Shown: positions 12,667-22,675 of the stretch, piece by piece | Layout: every line of letters begins with the position of its first letter | Position numbering within the stretch: position 1 is the stretch's first letter | Source of the DNA: Camelus dromedarius | Taxonomy: Eukaryota | Direction of reading: 5' to 3' | Assembly (NCBI RefSeq): GCF_036321535.1 | Contig: NC_087437.1 | Location: 39,620,001-39,684,000 of the forward strand | DNA: 64,000 nt | Position numbers and translations under genes: made by a program | Notes under the pieces: model-generated | Seen by the model: the letters and a program-made list of their open reading frames with translations, nothing else | Databases searched by the model: none | Told to the model about the DNA's origin: nothing

Positions 12667-13858
12667 CTAGAAGGAAGAAGATGAGAACAATCAATTTCCA
12701 TATCAGTTCATTCATTTAGAATGGTTAATTACTTGAAAATATTTCATTCAAATGTATAGTTCCTCCTTTGAATCCTTAGAAGAAAAAAAGTCCAGACAGC
12801 ATACATATGAATAAAGAAGGAATAGTAGTAAGTTATCTTGGAAGTGGCAATGTACTGCTTTTTCAAAGGAACAAAGCAATTGTAAATTATTACAAAAACT
12901 GATTAATTGGTTTCAAAAAATGCTCATTTCCTTGTTATGCATGAATGAGTGTTACTGCCTTAATTTTATCCAATGTGATTTTTACAAAAATAATATTGAA
13001 TGGCATATATTAATATAATATTTCTAAACTAAATAAGTCAATATTTTAGGCTCAGATAGTCTTCCCTTTTAAGTGTGTATGTTCACATTTTTTGCACTTT
13101 AATGCAATTAAAAACTTTAAATATTGTTTTTCCTTTTCAGTTTGCATTGCACTACCATGAAACAATTAAATCACACCCTTAATTGAAGAAGATAATGAGA
13201 TTTGTCCCATTGATGTTTCTGATGAAACTAAGGAAAAACAAGTGAAAATAAATCATCGGTAAACACTCATGCAAAATATGTCAACCTAATGTTTTGGTTA
13301 ACACATGCCAATGCATATTTCAGTTTTACGTATCATAAGCAAAATACCAAAACTGGCTTGTGAACAAGTGAAAAATACATAAAGATGTTGCAATAAACTG
13401 CCATCATTATATATGTTTGGATATTGTTATTTTTCATGAGATTTTACATTTGGCCTACACTAAATAGCAATCACTACTTAGGATGCCTATTAAACAGAGA
13501 TTGAAATGGGAAATATCCATTTTTAAGGTTTTGTGTACTTTGAAGCTATTCTGACTCACTAGCAGCAGTAATGTTTTAAACATCAGTACTAAAAGCTGCA
13601 GAGTTTTTGATCTGATGGTGAACAACTAGAAAGGCTGGTAATGTTAATGTCAATCAGTTAACGCAAACTTGAGGAAGTTTCCTATCAAAGACTAAACAAT
13701 ATAGTCTAGAACAGAAGGTAATGAATTAAATAATCCCCACAGAACCCTGCTGTATCTATACCTATAAAAGTTAAAACTAAACTCGTGGGTAGATAGACCG
13801 AAAGCAATTTTGCACAGAATTCAGGTAACTCAGTTGCAGATTCAAGTCATTAACTCAC

Positions 13859-13921
13859 CACAAACTTCAAGAAGCAGCCCAGTGCTCTGAGGTCTCTAGT
13901 CAAGAGGCATTATGAATAAGC
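13859..13921 (-). other. MECOM: 63-nt 5'UTR cassette exon (counterpart of the human EVI1 '1d' exon)
   Basis: Acceptor CAAAG|GCTTATTCATA and strong donor GTG|GTGAGT. The sequence GCTTATTCATA...CTTGACTA...GAGCACTGGG...CTTGAAGT resembles the human EVI1 5'UTR exon as I recall it. Confidence 0.7.
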
Positions 13922-14008
13922 CTTTGGCCATGAGACAATTAAAGGGCAATAAGTTGTCCCACAATTTTAAAAAGAAAAACTGAAACAGAAGATAAGGATA
14001 ATAATTGC

Positions 14009-14010
<2 letters not shown>

Positions 14011-14066
<56 letters not shown>
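14011..14066. repeat. (CA)20-AA-(CA)7 microsatellite
   Basis: Read directly from the sequence. Confidence 0.97.
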
Positions 14067-14383
14067 AAGCAAGTCTTTTTCCAGGACACCTCTTCACAGT
14101 AACAACAACAAAATGTCTACATTAAATACCCTCTCTAGTGAGAAGAACAGATTTTAACAATTTCTTATTTATAAAATTACAAACTTTAAGTTGTTTTCTT
14201 CAACTCTCAATGCTGATCAACTCAAATGGCAACTGGAGATTCCCCCCTCCTCGGATGTCCAGAAGGAACATAAATAACAACAGCAGTGCACACTTCAAAC
14301 TAGCAAAAGGTTGGGATTATTGTTTTGTTTTTTGGCTTGTTTGGTTTCTGGTTGATCTGTGTTGTTTGTTTTCTTGACTACCC

Positions 14384-14429
14384 AAAAAAAAAAAAAAAAG
14401 AAGAAGAAGAAGAAGAAAGAAAAAGAAAG
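14384..14429. repeat. A-rich / (GAA)n purine tract
   Basis: A run followed by gaagaagaagaagaag aaagaaaaagaaagg. Confidence 0.85.
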
Positions 14430-15105
14430 GCAGTTCTACTGACACACTAGAGAAATATTTAATGAAGGAAATAGGGTGAAGTCAGTGAAATGCAACACCA
14501 GTTCCATTTCATATTTGCAGAAAGACGTGGAAAACTTGTTAATTTCAAAGTCAAAAATCATCTATCCCCTTAGCTTTCTAGCATTCCCTTTTTGCGGGGG
14601 CAGGGAGTTAATTATTGCATATACTGCACATAAAAATTCTAGGTGTAATTTTATTCCGTGTTAACATTATTGCCATTGCCACTGTCAACAGTGAAATTAA
14701 TTTAAAAACAGGTTCATTTCCAAAGAATATCTTTTTACATATATGTTACATGATTATTCAAATATTTCACCAACATATTAACTTTCTTACTCTGCATATT
14801 CTTGCCCCAAGACAAAAGCTTAAGTTTCTTCAGAAACGTTTTCCCCCCTGGGTGAATTATTCGCTTTTGATTTGCTAACAGAACTGCATTTGTCTCCCAA
14901 ATGTCTTAATCGTCTCGGAAATCTCGAATAAAATAAAGTAACAACACATCTTCCGTCATTTCATCTAACACACTCCTGTGTTTTTAAAAGCTGTCAAGTT
15001 CCAAAGATAGCTTAAAAAAAAAAAAAAAAGAATTCCCTTTAGGTGGACTTTAGAGAAAGGCCCTTTCAAAAAACCAACAGCAAAAAGAAAAAAAAAAATC
15101 CCCAC

Positions 15106-15185
15106 AATCTCGCCAAAGGGTCCGAATGTGACTTTCTCGCGAAGCAGCACACGATGTTGGACAGCAAAGCTATTACTTGGCAAGG
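15106..15185 (-). other. MECOM: Non-coding alternative first exon (EVI1 1c/1d-type)
   Basis: Minus strand reads CCTTGCCAAGTAATAGCTTTGCTGTCCAACATCGTGTGCTGCTTCGCGAGAAAGTCACATTCGGACCCTTTGGCGAGATT|GTGGGG, matching my recollection of the 5' end of human EVI1 mRNA. The TSS is approximate. Confidence 0.72.
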
Positions 15186-15372
15186 TGGAACTCGGCCGAA
15201 AGCGGCTCCAAAGTCGCGTGGCCGGTGCCAGGAATTCAGATTTTGGCAACCCCACCTTCTGCGTCCCTGATACCGACGGACAGACACACGGAGGGAGGGG
15301 AAGCAGGAGAAGAGCGCGAGGAAAGGAGGCCGACAGCCGGCAGAGAGACCCACCGAAGGCCGGACGACCCAC

Positions 15373-15520
15373 CCCGGAGACGCGTCCAGACCGCACCGTT
15401 GCACAGGAGGAACAAGGAAATCGCCAGTCCCAGCGACGTAGATAAGCACAGGGCTCCGCGAGACTGCGGGCAAGTAGGAAAAGAAGGCTGGGGGGCGGGG
15501 GGCGCCCCGGAGAAGAGGTG
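15373..15520 (-). other. MECOM: Candidate non-coding alternative first exon (EVI1 1b-type)
   Basis: GCGGTCTGGACGCGTCTCCGGG|GTGGGT provides a donor and resembles recalled human 1b sequence. The 5' boundary is a guess. Confidence 0.5.
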
Positions 15521-15600
15521 CCAAGGCAGGAAACTGTCCGAAGTTACAAACTATGCGCATCGCCAAGACTTTTTTTTTTTTTTAAAGTGAGTTCTCTTAC

Positions 15601-15850
15601 CTTCAGATTTCTATGGCCTCAACTCAGCAATAAAAGGCAATCACAGAAGAATTAAACAAAATAAAAGGATCAGCAGCCCCCAGCTTTCCTGCACGAAAGT
15701 CCTTTCATACGATCCCGAGCCACATTTCGAAATATTACGGAAAAAAAAAAAAAAAAAAGCCTCGCGTCTCGATTTCCGAATGGTCTCTGATAACTTTGTC
15801 CGTCTCTGGGATCTGCTTGCCAGGACCACGCGTTTCAGATTTATTGTCCG
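15601..15850 (-). other. MECOM: Non-coding alternative first exon (EVI1 1a-type)
   Basis: Strong donor in TATTGCTGAGTTGAGGCCATAGAAATCTGAAG|GTAAGA, resembling recalled human 1a sequence. The 5' boundary is approximate. Confidence 0.7.
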
Positions 15851-16213
15851 CCAACAGTGTATTTTTAAGACCAGAAATGAAGTCTCCTCTCGTCTGAGTG
15901 ACCCGGGTTTGGTGTGTTTTGGCTTTTTTCCCCCTTCCTAAATGAGCTCCGAGCTATTCCTTCTGGTTCACATCACCTCCCTCTTTTCTCACTTTCTCTT
16001 GCTCTTATCAGCCCGATGTGTAATGAAAGTTATCTGAAACCCACTAAAACTTCTTCCACTTCTCTCTCCCAGTTCCACGGGGGGGTTGGGGGGGTGGGGG
16101 AAAATACAGGCAGGAGGAGGGAGTTTGAAAAGGTGGGGGGCCTGGGGAGGCGAGGGGAGCTCTAGCCCCCTTTCTGATCCTCAGCAGCTCCTTCCCCGGT
16201 CCTAGACCCTCAC

Positions 16214-16606
16214 GGGATCGTCCCCTTTCGCAACTCCTAGCTCAGCCGCCGGGTTTCTATTTCATGGACTGTCTCTTTAAAGAGGATCTGCTCGGCCATC
16301 CAGAAAGAACCCGGGGCGAGGGAGAAAGGGAGCTATCTCCCGCCGCCCAGAGTGATCGGAAGCCAGACGGGCTCCTCTTTCAGTAAATTTTTAAAGTGAC
16401 AGCAGCCTCCTCTGGAGGGAGAGGTCACAAAAAGGTCGCCAAGACCCAGTCCTATAGGGACAGACTGATTATGGATGCGCCATCCCCCTTAAACATGTAG
16501 ATTTCTCTGGGTAAACAACCAATGGGGAGATCTCGCCAGGCAGGATTTCTTTCCCCAGGGAAATATCCTGTGTTTCGGTGTCCTGAAAGCACAAGAGTAA
16601 GTGTGC

Positions 16607-16610
<4 letters not shown>
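16214..16610 (-). other. MECOM: Candidate distal non-coding first exon starting next to the dinucleotide repeat
   Basis: Donor GACGATCCC|GTGAGG within the CpG-rich segment. It resembles a recalled human MECOM 5'UTR beginning with (CA)n. Not verified. Confidence 0.45.
16422..16438 (+). promoter_or_regulatory. DR5 retinoic acid response element
   Basis: AGGTCA-caaaa-AGGTCG, one mismatch from the RAR/RXR DR5 consensus. Confidence 0.6.

Positions 16611-16674
<64 letters not shown>
16611..16674. repeat. (GT)32 microsatellite
   Basis: 64 nt of perfect GT repeat. Confidence 0.98.
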
Positions 16675-16675
<1 letters not shown>

Positions 16676-18049
16676 GGGGGATGGGAGTGATGGGGTGGAG
16701 AAGTGCTTTCGGGGTGTGAGGGTGTGTGCACCAAGGCTGGGGGTGGGGCGCTGCAGGGGGCGAGGATGAGGTTAGGGTACAGAGACGCTGGCTCACGCTA
16801 AACAGAATTAGTTCAGAAATTCTCAGAAAACAGTAGCCTAAAAAGTTGAAATGGACATTTCTAGTTTTCTGCTAAATATTTATTATTATCACTGAAATTC
16901 GTACTCTAATGTACTCCCTCCATTATTATAGTTAGGTGAGCAGAAGAGTATGGTACTTTTTAAAACGGATTTTTCTTAGAAGAAGGAATTGAAAAACCTG
17001 AAACATTATTTACATACAACTTGCCCAAGTAGTGTATTATGGGCTAAAAGAGGTTGACGATTGTCTGGTGAGTTTTTGCCATATTCTCTGATACATTAAC
17101 TAAAATATCGTGAACGCCCCAAAGTGTAATTAAGCAATTTGATAACTCAGATTATTTTTTTAAACTTTTAACATCATGAATGTTGTCTGGAAGGATCAGC
17201 ACCATACGGTGATTCCTAACTTTCTAATATATGGTCAGTTTTTATCAACACATTTCAGAAACAACATGGGAAGGAAGAATATAGGGAATGTGTGACAGAA
17301 TAAAAGGGTCTAAAGATTTCCTTTAGCCAACCTTGGAAATTTTAGCAAAATCCTTTGGTTAAATGGAAATAAACGCTTTTTATCACAAAACTTCATTCAT
17401 AAAAACAAATGAACAAAACCCAATTTCTCAGCTCAACAATGGAAAGTTAAGCAAAGTAAGCGAGTCAAGGGACACTTGAGGGGAGGTGGAGAAGGAGGGG
17501 ATGGAAAGCCCGTTTATGTTAAACTTCATCTGCAAACGGGGACAGTACAAGTCCCTTTTTGTTTTTTCCAAGAACAAATAGACGTGTAAATCTAGTAGGT
17601 CTATATTTCCCCAAAATGCTGATTTAAAAACAAAAATAGTAACAAAAAGGAGGGATGTCGGGGGGGGGAGAAAATGACAAGAGGTGGTGACTAATTCGTT
17701 TCGGGGGCCTGTTATCTGTGACATTGAACTGTTATTTCAGATAATGGCCATTGTTTGAGGGAAAATCGCACAGCAGTGGTAGGTAGGACAGGAAAAATCC
17801 TTTGTAAATAACCTAAAACCCGGTCAGATATTCCCATAGAGTTCGGCGCTTGAGAACCTTTAAGAGCTCCCGGTTTGCTGCCATTGATTTCCTGCCCTTC
17901 CTCAACTTGCCCATTGTAGGAGCCTTTTTTTTTTTTTTAATTTAGCCATAAATTGGACCGGCTCAAGCTATGAGCTGTTCTATTTTCTTCCTGTCAGGAT
18001 GAGGGATTTGTTTTATGATGCATTGTGTATTAAATACAAGTAATCTGGG

Positions 18050-18560
18050 GAACCGATTGCTTCAGACAGTGCGGCCTGATCAGGGGGTCTGAGAGCTCAG
18101 CGCCCCAATCCCCAGCCCTAGCCCCTGGCCCCCACATCCTTGCCCTTTACAAAGCTGTTCTGAAAAGGAGGAAACGTCGGTGGATAAACAAAAGGTCGCA
18201 TGGAATCAGTGGCAGGTCCTGGCTAAATTAAGATTTCGTGGAAAGGGCCTCCAAGTTTTTTTCCCTTATATTGGGTTCGGGTGGGGGAGGCGGGGCGACT
18301 TTCAAGGTCTGGGTATTTGCAGGTGCGTCATAACGCCGGTAGATGGCGTTGCGCCCCGAATTAAGTGGCGGCGCCCGCGGCTCCAGCCACCCAGGTGAAC
18401 CCTCTGCCGCCCGCCGGGCGCGAGCAGCCAGGCTCTGCCCTCCGCCTGGCGCGGGATCCCGCGTCTTCCCGCGCCTTCCCGAGCCTCAGGTCCGGACGAG
18501 TGCACCCCGCAGTCCAGAACCGCAGACACCGGCCTGAGCTAAGGCTATTTCTACGTATGA
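18050..18560. promoter_or_regulatory. Second CpG island upstream of the EVI1 promoter
   Basis: Dense CpG and GC content, especially 18320-18535. Confidence 0.85.
18318..18351 (+). promoter_or_regulatory. CTCF binding site (core plus upstream motif)
   Basis: Core CCGGTAGATGGCGT at 18336-18349 fits CC(A/G)(C/G)YAGRKGGCR. TGCAG at 18318 sits at the spacing expected for the upstream motif read by ZF9-11. Confidence 0.78.
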
Positions 18561-21500
18561 ATTTCTCTTCCCCAAATAGAGCCAAAAGAGTTAACACTTT
18601 CTCCCTAGTCCTTGGAAGATTGATCTAGAGAGATAGGGGGTTATTTGGCCTCATCATTATTATTTATTAATATTATCATCATCAGTCTTATTCTCTACTG
18701 AATAACTTGTGAGAAAGACTAAAGGACTTGGGCAAACATCAAATCTCAATGTTTCTTTCTCTCCGCTCCCTCTCCCTCTCCTTCCCCACCACGCCCCCTC
18801 TACTCTTTGATTATATAATAACTTCATGTAAAAGCAATCACCTCGCTTTTTCCTGACACAACTTGAAGTTTAAAAATAGGGTCCTGAAATCCCAGGGTAG
18901 CTAGAAGGGCCTTATTTCTCATGAAAGGAGCCTCTGGCTATTCAAATAATAAGCTTTTAGGAGAAGACCCTGACCTGCCTCCCCTGATCAAAACTGACGT
19001 GGAAGAGGAGATGGAGGGCTGGAGGAAAAGGTTTTTGCAGCAGGGCGGTTTTCTCCCCGGTTAGCTCGCTTTCCATCAGGAGGTTTCTAAAACAATAAAT
19101 AAATACAAGGAGACAAATACCACCACCAATTCCCTTTATTCCCCGGGATTTCTGGTGAAATCTGTTTACAGTAGTTCCCAGTTACAAATTAATCTGCAAA
19201 AGCCGCTGTCTGCTCAGCAGTAATCAGTAACATGCGTGTTCTGCAGTGTTTAGCGCTGCCCTTGAAATGGGCTATTAAAAATAATGGTTTTGCTATAATC
19301 TCAAACCAGCTTTAATTTGCAAACATGTATCAGGACAGATGATCTAAATATTAAGGGGACCAACTAGGAGAACATACAGCAACAAATGTAAAGCTTAAAA
19401 GCAGAACATCGAGTGATTTGTCAGCAATGTCTTTTTTTTTTTAAATCATATTTTAAAAACATTTTCCAGAAGGAATGATTGTTTTTTCTGTCCTGTTCTG
19501 TTAATTGTTGTTTACCAGGAAAAAGGCATTGGAAAATATGAGGTTTGAGTGTGAGTTGATAGATTTTCTGGGAGCTGTAAAGATCCCCCTTTGGCTGATG
19601 GCAGGGCTGGGGTGGGAGAGGTTAATGTGTTTTCTTCCTGGTCTGAAAAGGGCATAAACCCTCCTCAGGCCCCTTCCTTCCTCCCCCCATCTGCACAAAT
19701 TGCAGAATCTTTAACAGGCTCAAAGATTTCCAATAAGGCCACTGGCTCTGTCTTCATTGTGTAACTGTTTATTTAAAATAAGTCAATATATTAGTTAGAG
19801 CAGTAAGAAGTTAGTGCTCCAGTATTCAAGTGATTCCCACAAGACTGTAAGCTGATGCCTCTTTTAAGCCTTAAACTTCATGGTTGTCCCAGAAGTAAAA
19901 GTTCTGCTAATGGAGACCCTATGGGCATGGTACATTCCAGCACATCATTAAAGGAAAGAAAAGCAGTCCAGCCAAAGCCAGATGAAATGACTGCACTGTC
20001 CACTTTTAATAGGCTTCCTGTGGACAAACAGCCCTGTAACACTCTGCAGAGGACAATATTTAAAAACAAGACAACTTGCTGGCAGTTTTCAATACCATAA
20101 AGTTAATAAAGTATGTTCCCATTCACCCTGACATTATGTTTTTAGTTTATAGAGGAAGGCACTTTATAACCTCAGCCTAAGTAGAGTTCCCTTAATTCTG
20201 CAGCTTTGGGTTTCTTGAGGAGGCTAAATATACACTGAACGGCAAGCCTGACATTTTTGTCTTAACACCGTTTTTGGTTTTTTGGGTTTTTTTTTTTTTT
20301 TTTGTAGCTTTTCAAGAACATACAAGTGCATTTTTACATTTCTCAAGCGCAGTTTCATTCATGGAGATCCTGTGAAATCCTGTTGCATACAGTGCATGTC
20401 AAGAAGCATGAAATAATCTGAGAAATTGACATTTGGCTGAACAATAACTGCTTGCTAATTAAATTAGCTTCCTGTATGGATATTGATGAGTGTTTAAAAA
20501 GAAAATCAATGCTTCCTTTTCCACGTTAGAATCGTATTTTGTAAGATCTTACCATTTAATTGAGACAAAGATAAGAAAAAAATATAGGTGTATCTTTAGG
20601 ACTCAAGAGACTCCCCACTGATTCCTGCATATAAATATTTCTCCCAATACAGAAACTCCAGTTTGTCTCTCCTCTTTCTTTCCCTCCAAATTCTTGACCA
20701 CCTACAATTTTTTCTTTCAAGTTTTTTCTACTTAGTAGAGTAAACCTTGTAATGATGCATCATGTTTAAGTAAAAGAAACTAGATCGGAAAGCCATGGAG
20801 TCAAAGGTAAAATTGTGTTTAATTTTAATGTATTTATTTTAATCAGGGCCGTATTCTACAGGCTTGGCTCCCTAAACTTGAAGGTGTATTCTGTGATGTT
20901 GGCTGGGTAGACCCAGCAAAGCAGTTGCCCGCAATAAGAGTTTACAAACAAACAGAGCTCTGAGTGACCACAGTCAACACACATTAACACTGCTCAAGAG
21001 AGATATTTCTGGTCTCTCTTGATGGACTTTTTTTTTTAATCTATGGGAGTGGGAAGACTTAAAAAAGGAAAAGAGGAAATTAAAGGTAAAAAAAAAATGT
21101 AAATAAAAAATTTCCCTTGGTCTGGAAATGGGCCCGACTGAAAGCATGTTAATCTCCACCTCAGTAATTTGGTTCTCCAGGAGAAGACAGAAGCCCTGCT
21201 GCTGTGCCCTGCACTTCATAAATCACATCTTTATGTGGACAAGGTCAGGGCACCTAACAGCTCAGACATGGGCCTTTGCAGTGGCTCGAGGATTCAGGCA
21301 TGTTTACTCTCCCGCCCGGCTCTCCGAGGAGTAGTCCAGCACGCTTCTAATTACTTTTGATTATTTTCATTTGCTGGGGTCAGTCTGGCTTGCCAGGACT
21401 GCTGGAGGGTTGATTTCCTACAAATCTCGATGTCTTTGTAGGACGGCCCTGTGTGCGTTCAGAATTAGCACCCCGTTATTGTGCCTACAGCATGGGATAC

Positions 21501-22519
21501 CTCATAACAGATACTGTGATAGAAAAGTTTCCCCAGTGAACCATTACCTACTTCCCTTTTTATTAATCAACTACACAAACATAATCACCTATCTGATCTT
21601 TTTTAAAAAATGCAGACGACTTTCTTAACAGTTGAGTATTTTATAGGATATTTGGCCAGGATGAAAGTAATTTTTTTTTTTTTTTGCTTCGACTTTAAAT
21701 ATATTTAGTAATGACTAGCAGCTCTTTGGAAACTAAGATGAAATACTTTGCTGAGACAACAGCTCTAGTGAATAAATTATTATACTCAAAGATTTATTTC
21801 CTAAACTCCAATTAAGGCTGCCATATTTAAAATATTTTTTGTTGGGCTATTTTGATGTATTTCAGTCCTAAGCTATTACGCTGAGTGGTTATTTTGTGGC
21901 TAAAGCAAAACAACAACAACAAATTTATACCAAGTTTAAATGAAAACACTGTGATAAAATAAAAACTTAAATAAAATATATTGTAGTAAAATTTTGGTGG
22001 AGAAAGAGAGACAAAAACACCACTGTTTTTCTCTTTCTTATCCACCGAAAGTAGAGATGTGCAATATGATGATGCGTATGCATTTAGAGATACATTCAAG
22101 AAAAAAAAAAAAGATGAGTAAATAAATATTCATAAAACTGAGAATAAATATTCACAAAAATACATAGCACATTAATCTGATTGTTCAGATTATAATCGTT
22201 TTTAGATCACTGAGCAAAAATGACTATTATCTTTTTTATCGTATAGAAGATAACTTGGATCTCGATTATGATTAGTCTCAAAAAGCCAAATCCCTTCATT
22301 CTTCCTAACTTTAGATCAAAGAATCATGGCACTAAATTAAGGAGTCTGGAATTAAACCCCACTGCTGGGAATTAATTTTTTTTATTATTTTATGAATTTA
22401 AATTAATTAAATCTTTCAAGACAGCATTTAGCACATTATGTAATAAATCCAGGATCAGCTTCTTTCTTGAGACTTTAGAAACACCATTTCAGATTCATGA
22501 TCGTGTGGAAAAAGTGAGT

Positions 22520-22675
22520 TGGAAGACCTTTCTCTGCTCCTGTCTCCCCTCCTAGCTGTGTGCCTTTGGGTAAGTCACTTAACCTTTGAGTTGGTTTCTA
22601 TGATAGTTTCATAATATCAGCCTAATAAGAGTGTTGGGAAAATAAATTGGGTAATGTGAGCATGAACAGCTTTGA
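22520..22675 (+). mobile_element. MIR SINE fragment
   Basis: ctagctgtgtgcctttgggtaagtcacttaacctttgag matches the MIR core. Confidence 0.7.

Larger units (their letters stand above)
15100..16450 (-). promoter_or_regulatory. MECOM: EVI1 internal promoter CpG island with multiple alternative first exons
   Basis: CpG density is high compared with the flanks. It lies 2.4-3.8 kb upstream of exon 2 and contains several minus-strand splice donors and a GC box (gggggcggggg near 15490). Confidence 0.9.

Noticed and set aside
14965..15590. Overlapping 105-166 aa ORFs on both strands
   Set aside because: Expected by-product of stop-poor GC-rich CpG island DNA. They cross poly-A/T tracts and resemble no protein I recognise.
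16452..16796. His-Thr and Cys-Val repeat ORFs
   Set aside because: Translations of the (GT)32 microsatellite.
18180..18628. Ala/Pro/Arg-rich ORF cluster
   Set aside because: CpG-island composition artefact with no supporting exon structure or homology.
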